A program made the translations under genes and the position numbers. A model generated the notes under the pieces. The model had not been told where the DNA came from. It saw nothing but the letters and a program-made list of their open reading frames with translations, and made no database searches. DNA of 64,000 nt from Eledone cirrhosa. Its lineage: Eukaryota. Shown here piece after piece: positions 12,189 to 24,059 of the stretch (positions within the stretch are counted from its first letter, which is position 1; every line of letters starts with the position of its first letter). The stretch lies in the NCBI GenBank assembly GCA_964016885.1, contig OZ024741.1, positions 294,686,001-294,750,000 of the forward strand. The letters are read 5' to 3'.

Positions 12189-12642
12189 TCCTGGTCATAT
12201 AAGGAAATAAATTGACAGAGGTGTTAGAGTGCTGGTTAGAATGCCTTGCAGTATTTGTTCTGGCTCTCTTGGCTCTGAGTCTAATTTGAATTGAAATCAG
12301 TTTTGATATTCATCCATCTAATATCAGTCACATATTGAAACTGATTCTTCTTCTTCATGAAATTAGCTATATTGTGTCATGGGAAAGTATCTCTTTCTCC
12401 AGCTATGGAGAAAGATTAAATGAAGAGCTATCAGCCTCTCCTAATAAAGCTGATATGCTACTTGAATCATACAAGATAGACCAATGTGCAATGCAGCATT
12501 GATTGGAAATAAAGAAGTTTTGAATACCGAGAAGTAATGATTACTAAGTAATGAAGTTTTGATTACTAAGGAACACTAACTATTGATCCTTAATACAAGC
12601 TGACGTCCTCTTGAATGAATCTAATGTATTTCACATTTTTAA

Positions 12643-12825
12643 CTCTTTTGATACCAATCCAACCAACTAAAACTGGCCCTAGTTCTGAAAAAAAAAACAC
12701 ATTTTAAAAGGGTCCTATTGAAATTTTTAGTAATGAAATATTTAATAATTTTAGTAAATTCCTCAAAATTCTTCATTAATTTATTGAAAGAGAGTATTTC
12801 ATTAGAAAAACACCCATGGGTGGGG
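12643..12825 (-). mobile_element. piggyBac-type MITE family B
   Basis: TTAA-ctcttttgatacc ... gggg-TTAA. Confidence 0.7.
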
Positions 12826-14619
12826 TTAATAAAATATCCTTTATATTCAATTTACCATTCTGTCTTAAGTTTAATTTCAGTTTATACTATCATTTTTTAC
12901 TATTTTTCATTGTACTAAAGGAGTATAAATTGAAAATTACAAAATTTAGTAATTAGCTTTAAATCAGAACTTTCATTTTGCTTTTATTAGTACATTTTAT
13001 ATCAAAGGAAATGCATATATGGCTATAAAGGTTTGGCATTTTATACACACTCACATACTTCCTTTGACTATAACCTTTCTCTTCTACAGTCTTACTGGAC
13101 AAAATCTTTTCAAGTTTTCTTTATTTTATCAACTACTTTGAAATCTGTAACTCTTCAAAATTTTAAAGATGAAAATCAAGAAAATAACTACTTTTGTCTT
13201 GATGCATTTTTTTTAAAAATCATCTACCACTTTATATAGCTATCACTTACACAACTTATATATAAGATTCACTACTATAAATTGATTTGCCCAGACAGAA
13301 TTTTATTATTGTCGAGATCATTGTTGGTTAGCCAGTAGGTTTTCTTTGGTATTCGGTGTGACTTTTTAAAGTTTTTAGTATATCTATGTACGTCTATGTA
13401 GTGAGTTTTATTCATGGAATACACAACCAAGAAAGGTTCTAGTTGAAGTATGTCTGTTAAAAGAAAAACATTTATTAGAGGTCACTCATAGCGAGGTGTT
13501 AAGTAACCAATAATAGAGTAGACCCCAATCAACCACTCAATATGCTGGGAGTTACAATAGAAAAGGAAAATTTAAGATTCTGTCTTTGAAATCATAAAGC
13601 AATCAACAAAGATTTGAAAGATTATACCCAGTAGGGAGATAAGAAGGAAGACAGCATCATAAGACAGACATTCAAGGAAATATATTACTAGAGTAGAAAC
13701 ACTTCTAAGAAGAGGAAACAAACACGGTTGAAGGGTCTCTGTTGATTTCCAATTTCAGTGTATATAATTTTAATATCATTTTCTTATTGACTAACTTTTG
13801 CATATCTTACAAGTGTAATCTACTTGATGACAAATTTGACAGGTAGGTATATAACATGAATTCAATAAGAAAACGATATTAAATTTATATAAAATGAAAT
13901 TGGAAAAAAAGAATGAGATAATAAACAGACAGATGAAAGTAATGTTACATATCTGCCTGTCTAAGGTACAGGATGACAGATCAAATTGGTAGGTTGGTAG
14001 ATAAGTAACATCATTTTTTCTATTAGTTTCTATATATGGTTGTCTTCTGTCGGTTCCTATTTCTCTTTACTGTGTCTACTGTCTGATCAAATTTATATCC
14101 ACCCAGGTATTCACAGCAATTATGGTAACATGTTCATGCCATCTTTCTGTTCAATGTGAGCAAATCCTCAGCTCATTGGTATTACTCAGCTTTGCCATTC
14201 TAAATAACATAGCTTGAGTACAAAATGATCATTCAAGCATATGTATGTGTTTATGCATATATATATATATATGTGTATTATTTATTTAATCAATTGAAAC
14301 GTCCATATAGAGCTAGTAAGCCGTGATAGATAAAGAGAAGTATCTAGTAATTCTTACAGTTGAGGAACAAAAAAAATATATATATATATACAGAGATAAA
14401 TGAATGTAAACAAAAAATGTAAGTATCTGTTCTAATGGTGGTGCTCTAGCATGGCCTCAGCCTCTTGGCTGAGTATGTAAATATAGACAGATAGATGGAC
14501 AGATTTGTAACTCCTAATGGAGTTGTAGGGGTACTGGCATATTTTGGGCTCTTTTAACCTGAACACAGAGAGAGAGAGAGAGAGAGAGGAGTAGAGTAGA
14601 AGAGAGAAAAAGATATAAT

Positions 14620-14803
14620 TGTTTCTACTTTTGGCACAAGGCCAGCAATTATCCCAGTGTATTACTGGTACTTTATTTTATTGACCCCGTAAGGATGAAA
14701 GGCAAAGTTAACCTCGGCGGGATTTGAACTCAGAATGGCAAGGGCCGTAACTCTTTGCTGCAAAGCATGGCGTCCGACTCTCTACCGATACTGCCAATCC
14801 ACC
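14620..14803 (-). mobile_element. Young Meta-domain tRNA SINE
   Basis: Near-identical reverse complement of 42939-43126; TSD agatataat at 14611 and 14806. Confidence 0.9.
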
Positions 14804-15189
14804 AGAGATATAATGAAACATAAATATTAGTATTTGACTGATATTTTATTTATCAACCTCAAGAATGAAAGTGAGAGAGAGAAAGATATAAAAGAAGAAT
14901 TGAGTCCAGTACTGGGCTGGTAGTTTATTTATTGACTTTGAAAGAATGAAAGGCAAACTTTGTGTCAGCAACATGCCATTCTTACTATCTGAAATAATAT
15001 ATTTAGCACAAGAAGCTTAAAAAATGATTCTAAGGAACATGGAATCGAGAAAGATATCTGAGATCACTTCAGTTAGTTATTACATGACCAAAAGTTTCTG
15101 GAATATTCTTAATGTATTACTAAACAAACCAATATGTGGGCATAGGGTTAAAAGAGAGAGAGGAAGAGGGGATTTGATGATGGCCAAAA

Positions 15190-15425
15190 CCACTTACGGT
15201 AATGTGTCCAAAAGCAGAGGGAGACTATTCTGAATAACTAATTTAATGGATTTTAGATATATAAATAACTTTTTAATTATTAAGCCGGTGTTGAGAACAT
15301 AACTTAAAAAAGGCTCTTACATAAAGTTAGGATGAGCGGTTTCTAAATAAATATAAACACTTTACAGTAAACTACTTTGTATCATAGAACTAGGAGTGGT
15401 GTTAGACGGTTTGGTATCAAAAGGG
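15190..15425 (+). mobile_element. piggyBac-type MITE family B
   Basis: Ends ggtatcaaaaggg-TTAA; body matches 9100-9345. Further copies at ~24335-24765, 36605-36830, 41545-41696, 60880-61050. Confidence 0.7.
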
Positions 15426-15709
15426 TTAATAATAAGATTAATGAAAATAGCCAAAAGACAATTTATAAACATTTATAAATGCCTTCCTGGTATAATCTTT
15501 CTCAACATATTCAGAAATAATTTTTGTTATGATTGATTTTGCTTTCTTTCAAGTGACAGTTTCTCAACAGTTTTACCTGGGAACATTAGATCTCATAAAA
15601 AAAAGGATTGAATTAAAGAGAAATATATCCTTATTATCCTAATTTGTGTTTTGTAATACAAAATTAGCTTTCATGGTTGATAAATTTATAAATGATTTTA
15701 CTTTAATGA

Positions 15710-15860
15710 TAGGCAAAAGTATGACTGTGTACTTATGGTCTTTGTTTCTCAACCATGTGGTCTTGACTTCTATCTCATTTTATTGCTTCCAATTTCATAT
15801 AGCCATGGGCTGAACAATGCCTTTTGAGTGAATTAGTACAATAGAAACTGTAGGAAGTGT
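15710..15860 (+). mobile_element. Decayed CORE-like tRNA SINE
   Basis: aaccatgtggtc...tatagccatgggctgaacaatgccttttgagtgaattag...gaaactg; same family as 28512, 34180, 61490. Confidence 0.6.
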
Positions 15861-15994
15861 ATGTGTGTATATATATATATACACACACATATATATAACT
15901 TTAATAATAATAACAATGTTGCTATTATTGGGTATAGACTTAACCAGAAGGTTTAAAGCTCAATGCAGTAGGGTTCATGCAGAGCTGATATATA

Positions 15995-16790
15995 AAGATG
16001 AGTTGATATGCTGTCAAACTAACACATGTTTCAACCAATAGAGATGCATCTGAAGATGAACATCTATGAAACACAAAACTTCAACGATATATTTTAAGTA
16101 TGGCACTCATTTTTCTAAAACAGTTTTCTCTTAGTTTCATCTTTGAAAAACGGCATCTCATAATGTATATGCTTCATTACACAACTCACATTAATTAATA
16201 TTCTCCTATTTTACCTACACAGTAAAACAAATACGTATACATTAAAGTCTTGATAGTGGTTTATCATTTTCTAAACTGTTAAAAGCACATGTTTGGTGAA
16301 GTAAACCTGGTTACTTTAGGACTTCTGTAAATTCATTTGTAACTATTTCTGTATATATATATTGATGTTATCGTCACTTCCATTATTGATTCATTGATTT
16401 ATTGATCTATATGTAAGCTGATATCCCATGTAAATAAACTCTGATGATACTGATTTTGAGCCTATTTCCGATGATCGAAGTATAAAATCATAAGGGAACT
16501 TCAGATAAAAATTATTTCTTCTTAAGAATTCTGATTTTATAATCTTATATCCTCAGGATGAATCTCTATCGGTTGAAATATGTTAGTTTGACAGCATATC
16601 GACTCTTTGATGTTTCTTATATATATATATATATATATATATAATTTAACATAGAACTAGCTTCTACAGGATTAGAAACAGTGCTAATCTTGTAGAAGCT
16701 ATTTCTATATTAAATAATGATGTTTACACACTAACAATGTGTGGAGTACTTTCTTAACTGGTTACCCCCAATCTAACCTGGGATATATAT
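15995..16790. mobile_element. Cluster of Penelope-like pLTR remnants with inverted segments and degenerate hammerhead cores
   Basis: 15998-16052 is the reverse complement of 16556-16608; CTGATGA at 16441 and CTGAAGA..GAAAC at 16050-16072; hairpin at 16643-16718. Confidence 0.55.
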
Positions 16791-16830
16791 GTATATATAT
16801 ATACACACACACACACATATATATACATAT

Positions 16831-18200
16831 ATACAAAGTGTTAAAACGATCAAATTTTAATTTAGAACATTTATTTGCTGACAATTGTTTCTTCCAGAGG
16901 GAGCATAAGGAATGTCGAAACATGTTACTAAAATCCTAGTCATTTAGAACATTTAAGGTACATAATTGTTGTTAGTGTCATAGGCATCATGTGGAGAGTC
17001 AGGAATTAAAAAGATGTTCAGCTTGAAAGAACACAATTACAGGCAGCACTGGTTGAAAGTGTAATAGGTATAAGCGAAAAGTAGAGGCAAAAAAATACAG
17101 TCAAAAAGGTTATAAGCAAGGAAAATTGGTGTACAATGCAGGAGTCAATACAGTCAATAAGGCATGTATGAGGAAAGAGTTATAATGCAGTTGAAATAAA
17201 CATATTTTGTGTGGGGTGTTAAAGCATGTTATAATTGTTATAAATGTTTAAGATAGTGTGTAATTTGTTAGAGAGGCATGTGGTGATAATGTAGGTATTT
17301 GTTATGTAAGGTGTAATGTAAAGCACGTGATAGAGTTGGATATGTGATTTTCATTTAAGTGTTTTTGTGTTGTAGTTCGTATGTATGTGTATATGTTGTT
17401 TGTTACTCACAGCTATTAACCATGGGATTATTTTGAGTCGTTTATAGTCAATAGGTGTTTGTTTGTTAAATGTTAATTCCATCAAGTAACAAACAACATA
17501 TACACATACATACGAACTACAACACAAAAACACTTGAATGAAAATCACCTATCCAACTCTATCACGTGCTTTACATTACACCTTACATAACAAATACCTA
17601 CATTATCACCACATGCCTCTCTAACAAATTACACACTATCTTAAACATTTATAACAATTATAACATGCTTTAACACCCCACACAAAATATGTTTATTTCA
17701 ACTGCATTATAACTCTTTCGTCATACATGCCTAATTGACTGTATTGACTCCTGCATTGTACACCCATTTTCCTTGCTTATAACTTTTTTGCCTGTATTTT
17801 TTTGCTTGTGCTTTTTACTTATACCTATTACACTTTCAACCAGTGCTGCCTGTAATTGTGTTCTTTCAAGCTGAACATCTTTTTAACTCCTGACTCTCCA
17901 CATGATGCCTATGACACTAACAACAATTATGTACCTTAAATGTTCTAAATGACTAGGATTTTAGTAACATGTTTCGACATTCCTTATGCTCCGATGATTC
18001 CAGACTTCCCTCTGGAAGAAACAATTGTCAGCAAATAAATGTTCTAAACTAAAATTTGATCGTTTTAACACTTTGTATCTCGGCTCTGTAAAACACTTGT
18101 AAATTTGCATTGAGCCTTTTATCATACCGGTAACCGGCTAGTACTTAGTACTACCCTCCGTATTTATAGTTGTATCAAACATATATAAATATTCTTATTA
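16831..18200. mobile_element. 5'-truncated Penelope-like element with inverted pseudo-LTR (arms 16831-17407 and 17485-18078)
   Basis: ~580 bp near-perfect inverted arms, 77 bp spacer, hammerhead motif in the right arm, right arm extends ~120 bp further, flanked by (TA/CA)n. Confidence 0.8.
17984..18038 (+). ncRNA. Minimal type I hammerhead ribozyme motif (U4C variant)
   Basis: tgct-CCGATGA-ttccaga(cttccc)tctggaa-GAAAC-aatt-GTC^agca: 7-bp stem II, palindromic stem III region ACAATTGT, stem I tgct/agca. Confidence 0.75.
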
Positions 18201-20008
18201 CTATACATATATATATACATCATCATTTTCCACACATACATGGGCTATATATATATATATATATATATATATACTACAACCTTGAACAGGCTTGCTGAAC
18301 ACACAAGCCAAAATCACTTGGCACTGTGGTCAGGATTTTATTTATACATCATGATAGATAGATAGATAGATAGATATAGATCGATCAATAGATAGTTATG
18401 GTACATTTGTTTGTCTCTCCCCTTTTTACATTGATGGTGCATGTGATGATATTTGTTATATTCAGTGTAAATAAATTTCAATGCTCTGTTGTTTAACATG
18501 CAAATATCCATACTTTACCTAAAAAAAATAAGTGAGGTTTGTAGATGCCTGACACAATAGAGTATGTCTGCCAATTCATATACAGTTATCAGTATATTAA
18601 ACTTCTCGCATTTCAGAGTTTTATCAAAGCTGGTTTTTCTTTCTTATTTCTGTAGTTGATGAATGAAATAAATAGCAAAGAAGTATAATCATATTTTATC
18701 TAAGTTAATACACAATAGTTTAGAAAGGAATATAAAATATATTATATACACCGTATATAAGCTGAGAAATATGTGATAAAAATCTATGGTAAAAATGGGG
18801 ATCGACATATTTGAGGTCAATATTTTGCTGATTTTCATCAATTTCAAATTCTACATAAGGTGCTAAAATTTTACAAAATTATTTATACAAAAACAAAATA
18901 TTATTAAAGGGAACAAAAAAAAAGAAATGATAAGAAGAAAAAGAATCAAGCAAAGATAGAAAGGGTGAGGAGGAGGGGCAGATACTACATCCTAGTCTGA
19001 GTAAAGCCTCAGCTATTCCCTGTAGACAAAATGGCAAAGGAATTATTATTTGATTCAAAATAAATCATCTATCATTTGACTACTGGGGAAAATATATTGG
19101 AGAAAACATTTAGTATTACCAGAAATTAAATTTTATTCAAAATTTACTTATTTTGCAATTTTTACTTTATTCAGTTAGTCACTATGTGAAATAATCTAAT
19201 TTTGGTTTCTTGATAAAAGCATTAATTTTTTTATATTCAATTTATCTCCAAATAAAAGGAATATTTAATTTAATTTCATGAAACTATACACCAATCATTG
19301 CTGAAACATAGGGCATATGTAGAACAATGTTGTTAGTGCATATGTAGGAGTGTATACTTATTATAATGTGTGCTTATGTTATATATTGCATTTTTATTAT
19401 ATCTCAAAATATCATATTTTATCTGCTTATATAATCAAAGACTTTTGTGAAATAATTTTATTTCTGTTTACAGAATATGTATATATATATGTGTGTGTGT
19501 GTGTGTATGTGTGTGTGTGAGCATGCGTGTGTACAAAAATTATATATCAAGCGTTAAACTAATATATTTCTTCATTTTAGTGAGTTGTTTGCTTTGTTAT
19601 TTCGTTTACTTTTTGCACACACACCACACACGTACATACATACACACACACATATATATATATCAAATCAAACATTTGGGAAATAATTCTATTTCTGTTA
19701 ACAAGCAATAAAATGATTATAATTATTCTCATAAAACAAATGATATATATAAAATGGCTGAAAAATTAGATTATTTTTTCTCCCTTTCATTTTCTTAACA
19801 TTGTTTTGTAGAAATTAATTCAGTGTGCTAATTTAGGGTTTACGCTTCTTGCTTTAAAAGTAATAAAATTAACAGATGCTTAAGTTTATATTCTAAATCA
19901 CATATAAATTGATTTTAATATTGTAAATTCATTTCTCAATTATTTTTGTTTAGTTGTTGAGCTGAAGGTAACTATCTGAAAAACGACTAACTAGTTGCTT
20001 TCACCAGT

Positions 20009-23000
20009 CATCATCATCATCATCATCATCACCGTTTTACATCCGTTCTTCCACGCTAACATGGGTTAGACGGGTTGTCCTGTTGTGGGCAGTGTCTGGT
20101 CGGCTGACCATGCCTTGCTCATACAGGAACTGATTTGGCTTGATTTCTACAGCTGGATGCCCTTCCTAACACCAACCTCATTTACAGTGAGTGCTGGGTG
20201 CTTTTTCGTGGTGCCTACACGTCCACTTTACAGTGTGGGCTGGGTGCTTTTTTGCTGTGGCACCTCCACGACCACCTTGCGGTGGGGGTTGTGGGGGCAT
20301 ATTGTCTATATGCTTCAGCTTGTACCCATGGGAGGTCGGGTACTCTGTATTACTGTGTGACGCCAGAAGTCACGGTCGTGTGTCATTGCCTTTGAGAGGT
20401 GTAATTGGGTAAGGTCGGCTTTTATCACCTCATCCCAGGTCATCTTGGGTCTCCCCACTCCGCGGTTTCCATCGACTTCTAGTGCTCTGCACCTTTTTAT
20501 GCAGCTGTCATCCTTCATATGCATCACATGTCCATACCAGCGCAACCGCCTCTCCTGCACACAGCATTTGATTCCTCTTATGCTCAGTCTCTCTCTCAAT
20601 TCATTTATGCTTTGTCGTTCACATATATTACTGTTACACATCCATCGGAGCATGCAGGCTTCGTTTCTCTCTAATCTACGTAAGTCTTCCACCTTCAGCG
20701 CCCAGGTCTCACTACCATGCGACATTGCTGTTCGGATACACACATCATACAGTCTGCCTTTCATTCTGAGGGAGAAGCCTTTTGCAGCTAGCAGTGGTAG
20801 TAGTTCCCTAAACTTCTTCCATCCCGTTCTTACCCTAGTTATTGTACTTTCTGAACACCCACCTCCGCTGCTAATTCGGTCACCTAGGTAGCAGAAGCTG
20901 TCTACTGTTTCTACAGAGCCCTCCCAGAGATTGGTGGTACTTGTTTCCTGTGGCTGTTTGCTGCTTGCTGTCTCAGCACAGCTGCTGCATGTGAAGCCTA
21001 CATTCTTAATTAAGCTTCCTGAGATCCCGCTACATCTCTTGTGTACCCATTGTTTGCATTTGGGCCAGAGAATGGAGTTCCTACCTACACCTTTCCTACA
21101 TACTGAGCAAGGCCATTTCCCTGAGGTGATCTGGGTTCTGTTTTCTCGTCTACTTACAAGGACCTTAGTCTGTCAGGTTGACTTTGAGACCCTTTCTTTC
21201 TAGTCCCAGCTTCCAAGTTTGGAACTTCTTCTCTAGTTCTACCATAGATTCAGCTATGAGTGCGAGGTCATCAGCATACAGGAGTTCCCATGGGCATACG
21301 GTCTTAAACTCCTCCGTTATTGCCTGCAGGACTATGATCAACAGGAGGGGCTAAGAACAGAACCCTGGTGGACCCCAACCTGTACGCTAAATTCCTCGCT
21401 ATACTCATTGCTAATCCTAACTTTGCTGACTGCTCCCCTATACATGGCTTGTACCGCTTTCACAAGCCATTCATCTACTCCTAGTTTTCTAAGAGCCCAC
21501 CAGATTACAGCACGTGGAACTCTGTCAAAGGCTTTCTCAAGGTCGACAAATGCCAAGTAGAGTGGCTTACTTTTAGCTAGGTACTTTTCCTGTAATTGCC
21601 TCACAAGGAAGAGGGCATCAGTAGTGCCTCTTCCTGGTACAAACACAAATTGCATCTCGTCTATTTCCACCCGGTCGCTAATCAACTGTGCTATAACTCT
21701 TTCTGTTACTTTCATGACCTGGTCCATCAACTTTATACCTCTATAGTTTCCTCTATCTAGTGCATCGCCTTTACCTTTGTAGCAGTTGACAATGATGCTA
21801 CTGCACCAATCTTTTGGTATGACACCTTCTACTATTACCTGGTTAACAATACGTGTGGTTATAGTGTGAACTACAGACCCAGATGCCTTCAGCATCTCGG
21901 CAGCTATACCCGATGGACCGGTTGCCTTCCCCATCTTCATATCTTTGATTGCCTTACTTACTACGTTGCTGCTGACTTGTACTGCTGGCCCCTCTATAGG
22001 GTCTACTTGGGGTAGGGTCTCTTCTTCCCATGCATTCTCCTCATTTAGTAATCTATCATAATGACTCTTCCATGTATATTTCTTCTCAGCACTTGTGAGG
22101 GCAAGCTCACCTTTATCATTCCGGATACACTTCTCTCTGACACACTGCCTCGCAATCTTGAACACCTCCTGTTTCTGGTCCTTACGTTGCAAAACATGCT
22201 TGAATTTTCTATCCTCTGCTTCCCTCCTAGCTAAGTATACTTGTCGCCTAGCTTCCCTCTTGGTCTCTATGTAATGTACCCTGCTCCCCCCGTTCTTCCA
22301 TTCTTTCCATACCTGTCTCTTGGCCTTAACTGCTTCATCTACCTTATTGTTCCACCACCAAGTCACTCTCCTCCTGCCTGAGGTCTTACTCCAGCCACAG
22401 ACCTCATCCGTCACCTCTAGTAAATTATTTTTTAGGAACTCCCAGTTCTCTTCTACATTAAATGTCTCTATCTGTTCTTCTTTACTGTCGCAGGCGTTGA
22501 GTAAAATATCTTTAAATCTGTTACTGGTTGAGGGGGCTTTCAGCTTCCTGATCTTTCTTCTCCAGATTGGCCTCTGTTTCCAGGTTCGTCTAGTTCTGAC
22601 CGTGAGGTCGCTGACAACTAAGCTATGTTGGGATGTACATTCCTCACTAGGGAAGGCTTTTGTGTTTACGACCGTCCATCTGTCACGTCCTCTGATGAGG
22701 ATAAAATCTATCTGACTGGAGTGCTCCCCTGATCTATAGGTGATCAGGTGGTTGTCGGGTTTTTTAAAGTTTGTGTTACATATCGACACGTCATTGGCGT
22801 CACAGAATTCTAGAAGTCTGAATCCTTCCTCATTTCTTGTGCCAACCCCATGGCCTCCATGTACTCTATTGAAGCCGTCACAGTGTTTACCTACGTGTCC
22901 ATTAAAATCTCCTGCAATGATTAGGAAGTCATTGTCATCTGTTAGAGCAGTAGTGTGCATTAGGGACTCGTAAAACCCATCCTTAAGTTCGTCTGGCAGC

Positions 23001-23105
23001 CCCGATTGGTGTGCGTAAGCTGATATTATTGTGGTAATTGTTTTATTCAGGACTAGTCTGAGTTTAATGATTCTTGCATTTACCCTGTACACTGAGATTA
23101 CTTTA
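20009..23105 (-). mobile_element. Young RTE-clade LINE, 5'-truncated within the APE domain, (GAT)n tail
   Basis: ORF 21338-23092 has APE motifs (ISAYA, GDFNGHVG, SQIDFIL, SQH) and RT motifs (NYRGIKLM, FVDLEKAFDRV, QGSVLSP); YADD near 21270; C-terminus LRWYGHV..GRPK; (CAT)n at 20009-20030. Confidence 0.96.
21338..23092 (-). pseudogene. RTE ORF2 fragment (endonuclease plus RT, 584 aa)
   Basis: ORF track motifs; frameshifted downstream. Confidence 0.92.
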
Positions 23106-23610
23106 TTAATTTTTGTACTGTTTAGTCAAGGGGAAAAGTGTGGTGCCTATGACTTTTTCAAGAGCTCAGTGATGGTCGTGGAAAACGACAGGGAGGAGAA
23201 AACTCAAACTCATAACTGAAGCACAATGTGAACTCTGCTAAAGACATGCAAGGGCCAGGTAATTGTATTAAACTGGGCAACGAATTAAGTCTATATTTTA
23301 AAATTATGTGGCCGTTGGTGAGAATATTACATAATTTCACATAGCAGAATATAAGGATTCTATTTAGTGTATTTATAGAATCTGTAGCTGAAAAATCTGT
23401 GACAGTACTTTTCAGTCCCATAGATGATACCAGTATTCCAATCCAGTGCCTTCTCATTGCTGTTGGAAGAACATCTCCCTGGTTAACCTCTACCATTTTC
23501 TGTTTGGTTTTAATTGTCTTCAGAGATGTAGCTGTACTCACCACACTTGGCCAATTGCAGGCTGGTGCAGCTATTTACCCCATAATTGGAGTTAAATATA
23601 TATATATATT

Positions 23611-23621
23611 TGTGTGTGTGT

Positions 23622-23655
<34 letters not shown>

Positions 23656-23697
23656 GTGTGTATGTGTGAGTGTGTATGTGTGTATGCTTGTGTGTGT
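23611..23697. repeat. (GT)n microsatellite
   Basis: Direct observation. Confidence 0.95.
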
Positions 23698-23959
23698 ACA
23701 CAATGACCATTTCTTTGCTACATTCGTTATTTGATCTCATGGCCTTGTAATGGGTTGTTGTATATAAAGAAATTCACATCTTTTCCTCTCTATTCAGTCT
23801 CTTAACTGCCCCCACCCCAAGGTCTAACTCTGGTCCTAGATGCAATCATGGGCAAGGCTTTAATTTTTACATGAAATTGTTGATTTAATATTCATCAAAA
23901 ATTCTTTTGATCTCTCTCAGCCTCTTCTTACTAATAAATGGTAATATAGTAAACATATA

Positions 23960-24059
23960 CAGGGTGTCCCAAAAAATGTATACACACTTCAACAGCATTC
24001 TAATAAATATTGCCTGTACAGGTAATCAAAGTGTGTATACATTCTTTTGGGGCACCCTG
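23960..24059. mobile_element. 100-bp Tc1/mariner MITE
   Basis: TA|cagggtgtcccaaaaaatgtatacacact ... agtgtgtatacattcttttggggcaccctg|TA; ~29 bp TIR, TA TSD. Confidence 0.92.

Noticed and set aside
13838-13961. 20-bp inverted pair gacaggtaggtatataacat / atgttacatatctgcctgtc
   Set aside because: Too short and diverged, with no TSD, to call an element.
20445-22973. Plus-strand ORFs over the RTE (and minus-strand ORFs at 38182-39486)
   Set aside because: Antisense frames of the LINE ORF2.
23399-23740. ORFs rich in CVCV/HTHT/YIYI (also 1018, 19493, 42531, 54054, 57336)
   Set aside because: Translations of microsatellites.
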